Assembly (NCBI GenBank): GCA_000934665.2 | Contig: KZ538752.1 | Location: forward strand, 1-49,582 | Source of the DNA: Catajapyx aquilonaris | Taxonomy: Eukaryota | DNA length: 49,582 nucleotides | Direction: 5' to 3' | Part shown: positions 10,768 to 23,938 of the stretch, in pieces | How the letters are laid out: each line of letters begins with the position of its first letter | Position numbering within the stretch: the first letter of the stretch is position 1 | Program-made: the position numbers and the translations under genes | Notes under the pieces: generated by a model | The model's input: only the letters and a program-made list of their open reading frames with translations | What the model was told of the DNA's origin: nothing | Database searches by the model: none

Positions 10768-13700
10768 TATTTTCGTTATTAGTTATATACATTTATTTAT
10801 TTATCACAATCTGTGCTTTGCTTTGAGCTAATGGATCAACGCAAGCGGCATAGATTTATATTGTCACGTCATCATAACACTTATTTAATGAATTACGTTG
10901 TACATTAATTATAATGATGGTGTACATAATTTTATTATTTACTTGTACATCTGCACTATGGTTGTTCTATTCCATTTATTACAGTGAATTGACATACTTG
11001 ACAGTACATAACAGTAAATCGTCACACTTACAGTAAATGTACACACTGAATCAACATGATCCACATGTGATGTTAACTGTCTTGATAACCTCAAATTTGG
11101 GTGCATTTAAAATATGACATATACGGTATATTCTCTGGGCCAACTCTATAGGAACACCAACTGTTAGGGTTTCTAAACTGCAGTATTGAAAATTGTTGAC
11201 ATTACTGTATTAGAATAATATTACGTAAGTATCGTAATAGTTTCAGGTAAAAGTCAATTGTTGCAAATCATTTTAGTATTAGTATATTATTTTCAGGCCA
11301 ATTATTATTTCCACAAAATCTGCGACGTATGCAGTAGTCCATTCTGAGACTTAACTCAAACTTCATCTGAAATGTCATTACCCATGTGATGTGGGTTATG
11401 AAGTCTACAAGAGCTGGAAAAACATTTATGGTGATTTCCTTTTAAAAAAAAGACCATACCAGTGAAAAATGCAACTATCCCAAACAGTATGTTGCATCTG
11501 ACTTTGAAACCTGCTCTCCTACTGTTTTGAACATTGCTTTCTTGACGAGTCAAGTACAGCAGCGCAATTTGTGTGCTGCTTTGGGCATTTTAATATTTTC
11601 CCAGTCATTAATCGTACAATTTGGATGCTGCATGCATGGATGTAACTGGCTTTTTTCGGTACACGAGTCTCATTTTGCAGGCCTCATGAAGTTAGCACAA
11701 AGTGATGTACCGTTTACTTTCGCTCCCCATTTCCCAGCAGCAGCTGAGCTTGTAATAGCAAAAACATCAAAGGGCAGGGTTTCGGCTGAGGCATATCGCA
11801 AAAAAAGGGGGGGAAAAAACCTGGAGAGGAGCGAGTCGCTGATTGGATATTTTGAGTCACAAAAGCAACGGAGGCAGAATTTGCAGACTCCATCAGCGCT
11901 GTCAGTTTTAAAACCGGAAGCGGTTTGAGCCTGTTCATTAATTCATGGCAAGAGCACTTGGCTGTTTGCGGTGAGTGACGTGTGGCAAAATTGAGAAGCG
12001 ACGGAAACGCAGCGCAAGTCTGGATTTTCGCAGTGGGAAGTCGGGGCTGGGCATTTTTTTTTTGTCACCAAATTCCTTGCAACAATGCGGCTCAAGGTCG
12101 CTGTGTATGACATATGGCCCGTGGCTGTGTAATCAAGAAGGAACTAATTTTATTTGACGGGTAGTAAGATACCGGGGGCTATAGCCATTTGGATCTGGGG
12201 GAAGTTAGTCGGGATTAGGTGTAATGGCGTAAGGAGGAAAAATGGCGTGGAATCGACGTTGGCAAACTGGCGGCAGTCGTTCATAATCCCCTGAGCCCCT
12301 TGCAGACCTGATAGGAATCCGTGCAGATTTTTTTTGCGCCCTTTTTTCTGCTTGCTCGTGACAAGCGCACCTTCTGATCCAACCTAGCTATACAGTATAT
12401 CCCATCTAGACATATGCTATACAATAAAATTTTAAAAAGCGGGCTAATTTTCCGAATTTTTTCAAACCAACGCAACGTACCGAAATATTTGATAAAAATG
12501 TTAAAGAGGGTTGATAGGTGAAATGAGCAAATTAAACTTGCCAGTTAGTATGTATGAGCCTATACGCTATATTCCAGGGGGTACCAAAGTGTGAGCCAGG
12601 TTCAATATCTATAGTGCTGGTTAATGTTGCTACATCCTGTTAAATACAGAGTCGTGGGTAGGATTTTATTCCGGTATAATGGTAGGGCGTGTCACAGATA
12701 ATTTTATGGACTTATTTCAGTTTAATGCGCTTCAGACGCATTCCGGTGCATAATTTGGGGCCCCCCCTCACCCCTCGCCTACCCAACTGATGTAATAACC
12801 CGGGATTACACCTTTAATGTATTTGCTGAATCATTGTCTGCTTCTGGTGGAAAGGTCGATATCGGGTGTCCCGAAAGTTAGGTAGAAGCCTGAAAAGTTT
12901 TTTATGGCGGTGCATATGCGACAACTAACTGCATTTAGGAAGTATAGATTTTGTAGGCCCGCCTTGTGAACACTGCAGTCGTAATATTCTGAATTATGGA
13001 CCCAGAAAATGCTGCCGTAGTCATACCGTGCAGTGTACACTTTATAGATGTGTTTTGTGTCCCACTACAGTGCAGTGGCGACATGCGACTTATTTATTAC
13101 ACCACATATCGCTTTTTGTATGTGCAACTCTGGTACTGTCACTCCAGAAATGTTAGCAACAAAGTATTGACGCGAGGTTCCTGTGCTTGCGTCTAGCATG
13201 CGCTACATATCGTGGTTGCTCTTTTGATGGCGACTATGTGGCAACACATTTTAGCGCCAAGTAGGCCTATCTCAACCTCCTGAACAATAGCGTAGATGTT
13301 GCTAACACACTGTCCGCAAAGGAAGGTCGACATAATTATGATTCTCCCTTATACTATGTGCTGCCTTATGTCTTGAAATTATCCTCGTCCATTGAATCAC
13401 AGATATTTGCACAGTGGTGCACTGCCCAAGTCCCAAGATGAGAATATGGGAAGAAGTTACGGAGTTGTAGCACGGCTGGAATAATAGTCACCATCGTGGC
13501 CGTGTTAGTAAACTTAATTTAGGATTTCCCTTCGCGATGATTATACCAGCTCAATCGAGTCTTCCCAAATTATATGCTGTGTTGATGGTATTTTTACCGA
13601 GTCCCAAGTTGGACCGGAACAGCCCGTATCGGATAAGTTGACTATATAGGTTTCAGCTAACCCGATAATATCAACGTTCAGCGGCCCAATTCTCCTTTAA

Positions 13701-14480
13701 CCCCTCTTTTTGCCATCAAATCAGGTATTTTCTTGACGGAAGCCGTCAGATGCAGCAACTGCGTCCGATTTGGGAAGCATAAGTGTATAATGGAAAGATT
13801 TGAAGGCCTATACAGACTGTTGATTTATCCAGAGTGCATATGCACATTTCATGTCGATATCAAAAGTTGGTTCTATTGCATATATCCGTAGCATAAGGAC
13901 ATGTGTTGATTGGCTACTGATCACATGTGGTCACAGTGATCATTGAATAAGCAGAAAGAGAAAATAATGCACAATACACTGAGACAAGAGTATTATTTCG
14001 GGTGGAAACGAACTTGTATCCTCTGTGTCGGTGGAGGGCATTAACCCTAAAAGGAGGCATTTTTCTGGATGGGTAGCGTAGCGATGAATGTAATCTAGAT
14101 CTCTGCATTTGCGTACAAAAAAGGAAGGGAAAAAATCTGGCGGCCCAAGTGGGTCTCTAGACTCCCCAATTTGGGGTCGCTTGAATCCTGTCCCCCCGAA
14201 ATGGGGCGTAATTGGAAGCCTTGCGGAACTTAAGATATTTTTTTCTCTCTCTCCACCACCTCCACCTCCTCCTCCTCTTCTCCTCCTTCGCCATCTCTGC
14301 CAACAACCGAAAAAGAGAAGAAGAGAAAAAGGTAGATCCGGCGTCACACTCTATGCAAATGCACTTGAAGCATGCGTCTCGAGGGTGACATTTCCACTCT
14401 CCGCTTCTCATGCAAAAAGGCAGGTTGCAAGGTAAGGATATGGAGGGACGGTGCAGGCGAGGGTATGGGGGGGGGGGGGG

Positions 14481-14605
14481 NNNNNNNNNNNNNNNNNNNN
14501 NNNNNNNNNNNNNNNNNNNNNNNNNNNNNNNNNNNNNNNNNNNNNNNNNNNNNNNNNNNNNNNNNNNNNNNNNNNNNNNNNNNNNNNNNNNNNNNNNNNN
14601 NNNNN
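14481..14605. other. Assembly gap (125 N) flanked by poly-G
   Basis: N run with G homopolymers on both sides. Confidence 0.99.
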
Positions 14606-17600
14606 GGGGGGGGGGGGGATACATTAGAGTGGAAAAAAATCCGACTGTGCCCCCAATTCTAAAGATTTGCTATGCCACTGTTATGCAAAAATGGTGGTGG
14701 GGTCACTACTGCCCTTTCGCTGAAAAAAGAAGCATAAAACGAGGGATCGATAGGCAATTTCGCCAACAATAGCGACGGGGAATGAAACTGCCCGGATAGT
14801 CAATGCGCGTCGCCGAATAAATCAAACCGAGTGCAAAAATGGGCTAATATTCTCTTTTCGTGTTCATCTGGTCGAAGAGCCACCCCCTCCCTCTCCTCTC
14901 TCCCACCTCCCCTACTACACTTCCACCTCCACGGTTGCTATGGGAAAATGGGGTAACAAAGCTAAAGATCCATCTTTCTACACAATTTCGGAGGAGGGGC
15001 GTAGTCTTATTAGGGGTCCGAACTGCCTTCAAATCCACTCGGGTGGCATTCATTTTCTTTATGCACGTTTTGGCGACAACAGTTGTTGCATTTTAAAGGT
15101 ACCCCTTTTTCAAGTAACTGCCGCTTGGAAGAAATGTGCGCCAACTTCGAAGAGTTATCGGACCTGGATTTAAAATTCAGTGAAATACTATTATAGCCTA
15201 CTCTATCAGCAGCCTTTCTGCTGCCGTATATTGCTTTGTGGTGTAGTTTGCAGAAATATGTAGTCAGCGCATATGCTTGGCTATTATTATTGCAAAATGT
15301 TTGGGATTTGCTAAGTTTCAACAGTGAATCCAGAATGAATCATGTTCCCTAGACGCTTCTTACTGTTAGTGAAAGCAGATCACATCGTTGTCCGGTAATT
15401 ACTGGAGGAATTACCCGCTATTATATTTATTGATTTGAATGGTTTAATTCGTGGAGCCTATAAAATGGTATGGACTATTGCCTGACCTAAATGAGGGTAT
15501 TGTATTTTCCCCGTTTCTCTTTTCAGGTACGCCATCAACTGTGTTGAGCAGAGCCCATTTCCGGTTGAGCGATAGAAGGTGGGAGATAATCGTGGGGATT
15601 GTGGGAAAGAGTCCATCGGCCATTTAATTGGCGATGGCTGGATGTGTAAATGTCCGGCGAAGAAGGGGAATAATTGGGCTCCCTGGACTGCGGGGGGACG
15701 GGAGAAAAAGATTTCCAATAGCCAAGCCCGCCAGGGTAATGTCCACTTCCAGGCTCGACTGACGGTAAGTCCCCTCCAAATCTGTCACCGCTGCTCAATT
15801 CAATCCCGAGGGGATCTCTATTAGATTGGCCTCATTACTGCATGCAACACCGCTGCTAAACGATCCAGAAGACAATACGTCTTCACTGTGCAATCTAGCG
15901 CCTCAACTATTGTGTCTACTTGTGCCCGAGAAAATCCACGCGAACACGGAGAGAACCCATCGACTAGTCCGCAGAGGTGTAAGACTGACTCGACACCATA
16001 AGGCTACAGTATAGCGGTCCTGTTTGTTGTGACAGGAACAAGTCTGATTTGCTGCTGCGGACAACCTGCGAGTAAATAACTGAGAAGTAACATTAATATG
16101 GAAATTGATACCAAATGAGGCTAGTGCGAGTGTAGTAAGGGCTCCACATAATGCGGGCATTTTGAATTCCAAAAGTATTAATCCTCACGGCTGAAAAATG
16201 ACTGCAAGGCCGGAGGGATACTGATTGACATGCAGATAAGTTTAGCGAGGAAGCAATTTATCTCATAACTCACCTTGATCATAAAAAAGGGATCAAGAGC
16301 AACCGGTTTTTGCGACGGAGAAAAAAATCCAGGTGGAAATTAACAGTCGAGGCAAATTGAATCGCATTAACTAGGGCTTGATGTATCCAGGTGAGCGATC
16401 CCTCCAAATGAGCGCTAAATGGGGGAATTAGGCGCAACCCGGATTTTGTTATGCGTGTGCCCCGAGTTGGAAAAAAGGTCGGGTTTGAAAATGAGGCCAA
16501 AATCCGGATTCTCGCTTAACTAAGACCTTACCCCTATTCCCCCCCCCCCCCCCCACCCCGGTATTAATAAAGCTTATATTGCCGGATAGGTTTTCCACCA
16601 TCCACTTGACTCCCTCTCAGACCACTCCTCAACTTTGAAAAGTCATTTCGTGCTGAAGAGCAGATATGTAGAGAACTCTGCTGATTACAGACTGAATTGA
16701 GCAGAACTTTGTGTTGACAGTCCTCGTGCTAGGCAACAATGGTTGGTAAAATCCGAGTCTTTTAATTTGAGAGGGTGTGGGTTTTCCTTATCTTGAGAGA
16801 GAGGTGTTTTGAGTGTGGTAAGAGCCATTAGATCCCGGGGAAGAAGTGAGTGCAAACAGGAAATGTGGAACGGGAGCAGATTCCAGTCTTGAGGGGAAGG
16901 CCTTTAGGAGATGAGCGTTAGGAGTGGCGGACACGGCTTTGGAAAGCGGAATGGCCATGATTGCGATAAGGATGGGGTGTTTGTGTAAATGAGCGGAATA
17001 GTAGGCTTGGCACAGGTCGGGGAGCCGTTCCACGAAAATGGCGGGGGAAGTAATTGATCGAAAGGGCCGCGTTTTTGTGTGGAGTCGGGGGAAGGTGGTG
17101 GGGGCCTCCGATCAGGTCGGGGGGGCTACAGGCTGCTGGTGGAGGGAGGAGGAGGAGGAGGAGGCCTGGTAAAAAGTAGTAGAAGGAGGAGGAGGAGGAG
17201 AAGGAGAAAAAAGGGCCACCTCTGAGGGGGCCTGGCGTGCAAAAGCGACTTTGCAGGGAAATGTCGCCGCGGGGGAAGAGGCCCCAAGATTAATGATTGA
17301 GCAAATAAATGGAAAAGTTTGGAGGGGAATTACCGCGCCATTGATATTCGCAGCGGAAGGTGCCGCTCCGGAGAGGACGGATTTCCTTTGCTTTCTGCAA
17401 CCTGCAAGTCTCCATTATGGACCATCCGATCCGGTCGAATTCGGAAGGTTCATTTAGTTCCGACCACACAGGGCCATGTGGAGCACTGCGGGTTATTTAT
17501 GTGCCCGAGGCCTTCATACAATCATTGTGCTTCGGATACCGCTGGATACCACTGGCTTCCTGCGGAAACCGACATGGAACCGGTGGAAACCAGTCGAACG

Positions 17601-20600
17601 TCGGCTGCTTTAGAAGTAAACATGTAACAAGCAATGTTATACACTGATGAAACAGTTTGTACAACCTAGATGAAATTAAGCAGCAGGAGGAATATAGAAA
17701 CACCCTGCAACTTCCTTTCTAGGAAGGAAAAAAAAAATCCGGAGTCGGGGTTTCTTGTACGGGCCCCACCCTGGTGCAGACATCGAAACAGTAGGCTACG
17801 TTTCGTAACCGTGACAAAAGTTTGAGTTTGGAGCAGCTTCCCCTAGCTCCCCGTTCTCCATTGGGGAAAAGAGTTGAAAGTTCTTCCCATGGTGGAGATG
17901 AGTTGGAGAATTGTGTAGGGTTAGGAGGGGGGGTTGGATTTTGGGCGGGGGCTGGGGGGCGCTGGAGTCTTGGCTTGGTGGGGTGTAGGAGCAGGACGGT
18001 AATAAAGGAAAGGGCTTCTGTTGGAGCAGGATTAGTGCGAGCGGTGGCATAAATGGAAGCCAGAGAGAAGGCGGTCGTTAGATGGACGTTTGCTGCCACG
18101 CATTAAGAGAAATTGTTGCTCCAATTCGGCCCTTCCTCCCTCCCTCCCTCCCTCGCCTCCCCTCCCCTCCGGCTTCCCTTGCGCGCTCCCAAATTGCTGA
18201 CTATCCTCTGGGAGGAGGGTGGCCCAAGGTTGCCAAAAAGGTGCTGCTTGTCTCTGACGCCACACCTTCACCTGCACACTCGTGCCCAATAACGCAAATT
18301 CCGAGTTATAGACTTCCAGGCGAGTAATTGCCGCGATTTATGGCCAACGTTTGGTAATTTACAGCCTGAGCCCATTCCTTAATTAAAGAGGATTTGATTG
18401 CCTGTAAAGGGTGTCATTAACGCTTTGCAAAATTAAGTTTTATTGCATCCACGGACATTAGCGACAAATTAAATAAATGGGATGCAGCGCCGGCCTTGGA
18501 AAAATACTTGTTGACAAAGATTAATAGCTGAATTACTGAACCGGATTAGGCAAAACGGTTTATTACCGCTAATATCCGGCTAGCTTTCATATGCAATCAC
18601 CGGGTGGCTCTGACTATTCATTCACATTGGAAGGGCATCACTGCAGGGCTCCTACTTATGCTGGGTGTCATCGTCGCTGCCTGCTGTCAACCATTCATTA
18701 ACACTCAGCAACAGAATAAGGCTCAGTATACTGTACCAGCTTGAATGGGGCCAGTAAAAGAAATAAAGAAAACCAGAAAGAAGCCGGATGATGGCCTCAT
18801 CACCCAACAGCTTATGACGCACTCCACAGGAGACCTTCTGCCCTTTAAACTGCATTATACTTTGTAACCCACAATTGTGCGGTATATCTGCAATCATTTA
18901 TTCCCCGCACTCGCTCTCTAAATATGATTGCTTTCGCGCCACAGGGCCTTCATAGTCCTTCAGGCATTAGTTGGTCGGACATCCTCTGGCCATTATTTGT
19001 TTTTATGTTGCTGAAATGGGCGCTCGGGTGCGATATGCACATCACGTGACCTGGCACCGGATGTTTATTGGCCTAGACCTTCCGGGTGTAACAGTGACAT
19101 CCTGGCCAAGCGGTTTGGCTCCCCCCAAAAAAGGGGGGTCCAAAAGTAGGGTTATGATAGGGGAGCAGCAGATGGGAAAGATTGCCTTCAGAAGAGAGCA
19201 AGTTGGGATCCCGTATAGGCCTGGCTTGTTCTCTGTTTTCCGGAGAGGAGCCAAGTGACCACGGATTTATGGAGCGGCCCGGAAATTTTAACCACCCCAC
19301 CCTTACACCGAATTTATGTCCTTGGAGCTCCGTCTAAGTGTTTGCGGCTCATAACTTGTTGAATGATGCAGCGCGCTGCATTTTGGGATTTAGCTGCCCG
19401 GATTTTTTTTCGGTTCTTTTCCCAGCTTTCTTCTCGGTTCTCGCTCTCTTTTTTTATCCGGGTAGGGAGGAGGGTGGCGGGGGAGGATAAATCAGACGAC
19501 CCAAGTGCAGTTTGGCTTGTAGAAGGATCCTAATTCGGGTGTCACGCGCGGCCGACATCCATGGCATGATGTATCGCGCCAGAAAGCGCTTTTCTTGCTG
19601 CGGTCCCAACTGCAGATATAGCAAAGGAAAGAGAGAGAGGGGGGGGGGAGGGAAAGAAGTGCTGGGAGAATTTGTTCCGCTTCCATATTTCACGGGGTCA
19701 ACCCCCTGGAACAGTCTTAGGGAGGACCATGTTTTTGTCTTCATTTACCATTGACAGCGATCGTTATCCTGTTACCGCCATGCCGGGGCTTTTCTTAGGA
19801 GATCCAGTCATGCTGGGAAGACGGATTCCAAATCAAGAGAGATGAATATGGATACCTGGCTACACCACCAATGCTTCAGACGTGTCTTACTTGCGATTAC
19901 TTTCTCATCATGGGTCATCATACTGTATGTGATGTGTAGACTGTTTCTGCTGGTGAGGAAGCGGATTAGGTGCATTTTGGTTGGTGGATGGGTCCCAGTG
20001 ACATGCTGTCAGTGGAAGATGTGCGCCTCATGAATGTTTAAAAGGGCCTTGCCTGTTGGGGTACGTATGAGAGGGCAACCTGTTGTCTCAGAGACCGCTT
20101 CTTTTCCCTTCATTGATTATCGATGCCTTTCATTGAGCGCGGGGACCTAGGCAATATTCATTCCGGCGCTTCGGGTCTTTATTTTTTTGTCCTTTTCCTC
20201 CACAACAGCCTGGAAAACTTGTTTCGATGCTTCGCAGGCCAACCTTACGAGGCCACTTTAAGGGGACGGTGAAACACATATCGAGTTGGCTGGCAGGTTA
20301 AATTAACGTTTTTTTGCGCCATTTGTGGCCTGGATGATATGCATACAAGGTATTCGTAAATAGAGGAAATTGAAGGCCTCAAAGAAGGAAGGGCCGACCG
20401 ACGGGACTGGTTGAGCTATAGTCATATTTTGTGCCAAGACAAGGTGATGTAGGTGAAATTTCAATCGTAAGTGATGATATGTGTGGAGGCCCATGTGATT
20501 TATAATAATATTGTATATCGCATTGTGTATACTAGGTGTAAATAGACCTAGACTTCAAATTAACTTCACATTTAAATTGACCAAGTAAAGATTAGTAAAA

Positions 20601-20835
20601 ATAATATCCTTGATATCTCCATAGACTTCCATGGACTTTGCTTTGCATGAGGACAGGTAGTGGCATAAGGAAGAGCTCAACAAAATTCATTTACTGCTTT
20701 TATTGTATGAAGGATGTGAACTTGGTGTAAATGCAATTTAAGCAAATAAAAGTTCAAGATGTAGGCTACACCTTTAAAAGTATAGTACACTGAAAAGGGT
20801 GCTTTTTTGGGCCATAAATTATATGATTATAAATA

Positions 20836-21188
20836 CAGTAGAACCCCCCCCCCACCCCCCCCCCCGGATTATCCATCACCCACGGGAGTGTGGCATCGTC
20901 GGATAACCGAAACGGTCGGATAATTAGATGAGTAAAAAAACTTTAGTAAAACACAACAAAAAACTTAAAAACAGAAAATAACGTACAATAAGTTATTATG
21001 GTTTTCTAAGAAATAGTTCAGTATTTTTCTTTTACACACACACACTCTACTGTACTGTATTGACAATTTCACGAAGGCAAAACAAACAAATGCGTATAGA
21101 ACAGTGCAGTATTTTCACTATGAGAAAACAGATTTATTGCCGGAGCGGGACGGTCGGATAATCGGGGGCTCTACTCAGCTATACTGTA
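20836..21188. mobile_element. pogo/Tigger-like MITE
   Basis: TA-CAGTAGAACCCC(poly-C expansion)GGATTATCC at the left end and CGGATAATCGGGGGCTCTACT (21155-21175) then ...ACTG-TA at the right end. Repeated subterminal GTCGGATAA motifs. Confidence 0.8.
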
Positions 21189-21762
21189 TGCCTATAAGCG
21201 GAGCTCCACATGTATAGACTATAATATAGTAGACTAACAATATGAAAGGTTTGACTGCAGTAGATGATGGGCTAAACGCATTGTACCGATACATAGTGTT
21301 GTTGGTGTAAAATAATATATTTATAATCTGCCTTCACCTGTTAACGATTACGATTATACTGAGTTTAGTGGGCCTGGAGGGTGGCTAATATTGAAGCAGA
21401 AATTTCATATCGGTGTCAGATGCAGTACCGGTAACGTTGTAAAAAGTACACTCTGCAAGTGTACCTAATGAAAGTGGGCGTGCACACACTACTTCAGGCC
21501 ATCGATGTAAAGTTATTGATGTGCAGAGTACGTGCACTGCATGTGCAGTACAATGTGAGTGGTGGAATATAAATAGCCTACAGGTTCACATGGACAGTAT
21601 GCCGGGGATTACGCAGCTTTTTAACCCACATTGTAAGTGACGTACGATGACATCATAACTTGGTGCACCCAACGACCCATTTACGACTTGGGTAAAAGCA
21701 TTGTTGATGAGAGTGATAACCGTATGAATCACGCTGGTAAAATAATAACTGTAATCGATAGT

Positions 21763-22090
21763 GGGGAGGTGAAGTGGCGCAGCGGTGACGCTCGCGCCCA
21801 CGGATATGAAGGTCCCGGGTTCGATCCCCACCCGGGGTTCCCACCTTTATCCGTGCAGAGTTGGGCCATCTGTGGCTTCATTTCGGGTGGCAATTTCCGA
21901 CAGACTAAGCCACTCGGGGGAGCTCACAAAATGACCATTAGAGACATTGCACTTGCACTTTGCACATCCCCTCCTACCTACCCTGGAGTAATTAATTAAG
22001 ATCTTCTTATATGGCTCCAATTTCCGATGGTGGTAATCCACCCCCCTAAAGGATATGGTAAATCCCAATGGGGGAATGCAAAAAAAAAAC
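21763..22090 (+). mobile_element. tRNA-derived SINE (family B), full length
   Basis: A box TGGCGCAGCGG (21775-21785), B box GGTTCGATCCC (21818-21828), A10 tail (22080-22089), and 11-bp TSD TAATCGATAGT at 21752-21762 and 22091-22101. Confidence 0.9.
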
Positions 22091-23938
22091 TAATCGATAG
22101 TTTGGATTTTTTCCTTGTTTCCCATTCTTATATATAGCGAGATCGTTCTTGAAAGTGACATACGTATATCCATAAGTGTTATCACACATGAAGTGGTTAG
22201 TGTTAAAATGGGCAATAATAGTCCTGAATAATAAATTTGGGAACGCCAATCTCAGATTACTCAGCAATATGTACTTTGTATACAACATATCATAGTTCGA
22301 CATGACCAACACAACCCTGAATCAGGTATTACACGCTTGAATGTTATCTATTACCAGATGATTTGTAGCACTGCAGTTGTGCCCTTATTCACAGAAATAA
22401 TGGCCCTTTTTTCATTCTCTGCAATGTCAGAATTTTCAAAAACCATAATCGCAGTTGTGAAAAGTGAGTCCTCGCCCCCACCCCCCACCCTCAAAGTTGG
22501 GCAAATCTGTGGGAGACTTTTGGCCTCACACTGATGATAGCTAACTTTTGTATGGCAGCTTATTATCTTTGCCGCGAACACTTTCGGTATAAAATGACAA
22601 GGAAAGTTGCACTTTATAGTGGTGTTAAAAGCGTAATGGAATGGAATCGTCCCATTTAAATTCAGCGTTATGGTAGTTTTATGGATCGGGCCACTGAAGA
22701 TTGGGTCGGGTTTTGTGGGGAGGGGAGGGGGGAGGGGGTTCAGGGGGACAAAATCCCCGCTAGGACCGAGTAGAAAAAATAACTGGGGGATTCAGATTAG
22801 GCACTTTTCCGGCCCAAACTTCCGCCGAATAATAAAAAAAGCGATTTTTTTTTTGTTTTTTTTTTTTTTGCTCCGGGTTTCGTGTCGCCTGACGTCACTC
22901 TTGCGGGTAGTTGCATGCCGGTGGTTCCTTGCTCCTTCAAGATGGCGTGTGCACCCGAAAGGGATTTGCGGCTCCAAACTCCATCAGGGAATGTTCCCAA
23001 GGACCTTCAAGAAAGCGTGCCTATTTTTTCCCTCTTTTTTTTTCTTCTTTAAAGCCGGAAGCCTTCCTTAACCCTGCAGGAAATTTTCCTGTCCGACTCT
23101 GCTTAGCGCGAGCGCCATGAAAGTCGCATGGAAAAGCTGGACCGTAATGTTTTCAGTAAGTGTACATGGTAGCCAAGAGTGGTTCATGCCAGCCGATTCA
23201 TCTAGTTCTAACAGGAGATCGAGGGGTAGACAACTGAGACCAAAATTGGCTATCACTATATAAAAATATAATATGCTTTATCATTTTATTACTCAACTGC
23301 AACCATACTAATAGAATTTGGCAAAATTATGTTTTTGGGAAATACAGGATTTTGCAACAACTCTCGATTCTCCGAATTATTCGGAAGTTATTTACTGAAT
23401 TTTGCTGCATTCAAATGTACTCATTACATATTCAGATTGTCTCGGGGTAACTGGTACCTGGGATGGAACCTGTGAAATTCCAAATGACATCTTGACACCT
23501 AACTTGTGAGAGGCTGCTTCGATTAGAGGTACAGTACATGGTGGCCTGGTATAATCTTCTTTCCTTTTCTCAAAAAAGTTTTTTTTCGTCAATTTTTATG
23601 AAAGCGAATTTTAAAAAATCCTAATTGGCACACTCAGGCATGCCCTGTGATATTTCCTGCCCACAAATGACCAGTCTTCCACTCTATGCCTCATTTCAGT
23701 TTGTCATAGCAATGCTCGAAATTAGAAATGGATAAATCTGGATATGTCAAAGCTCCTGTCAAGGGAACCTTAACTGTAATCTTCATGTTAAATAATAATA
23801 ATGGCTTAATTGATATCTCGCGTTAGATAAGATGCTGATTCGACTGTGGTACAAATCAATATTGATTTCATTATATTCGATTTTATACTGTTAACCAATA
23901 TTTTTGACTGGACATTAGAAAGCTGTTATTCATACTAA

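Noticed and set aside
14157..14772. ORFs spanning the N gap
   Set aside because: Artificially extended by Ns and poly-G.
16437..16510. 13-bp imperfect inverted repeat AACCCGGATTTTG / CAAAATCCGGATT
   Set aside because: Short, lacks a TSD and is plausible by chance in 50 kb.
21763..21840. Possible tRNA gene
   Set aside because: A and B boxes only, with a broken anticodon arm; it is the head of a SINE with poly-A and TSD.
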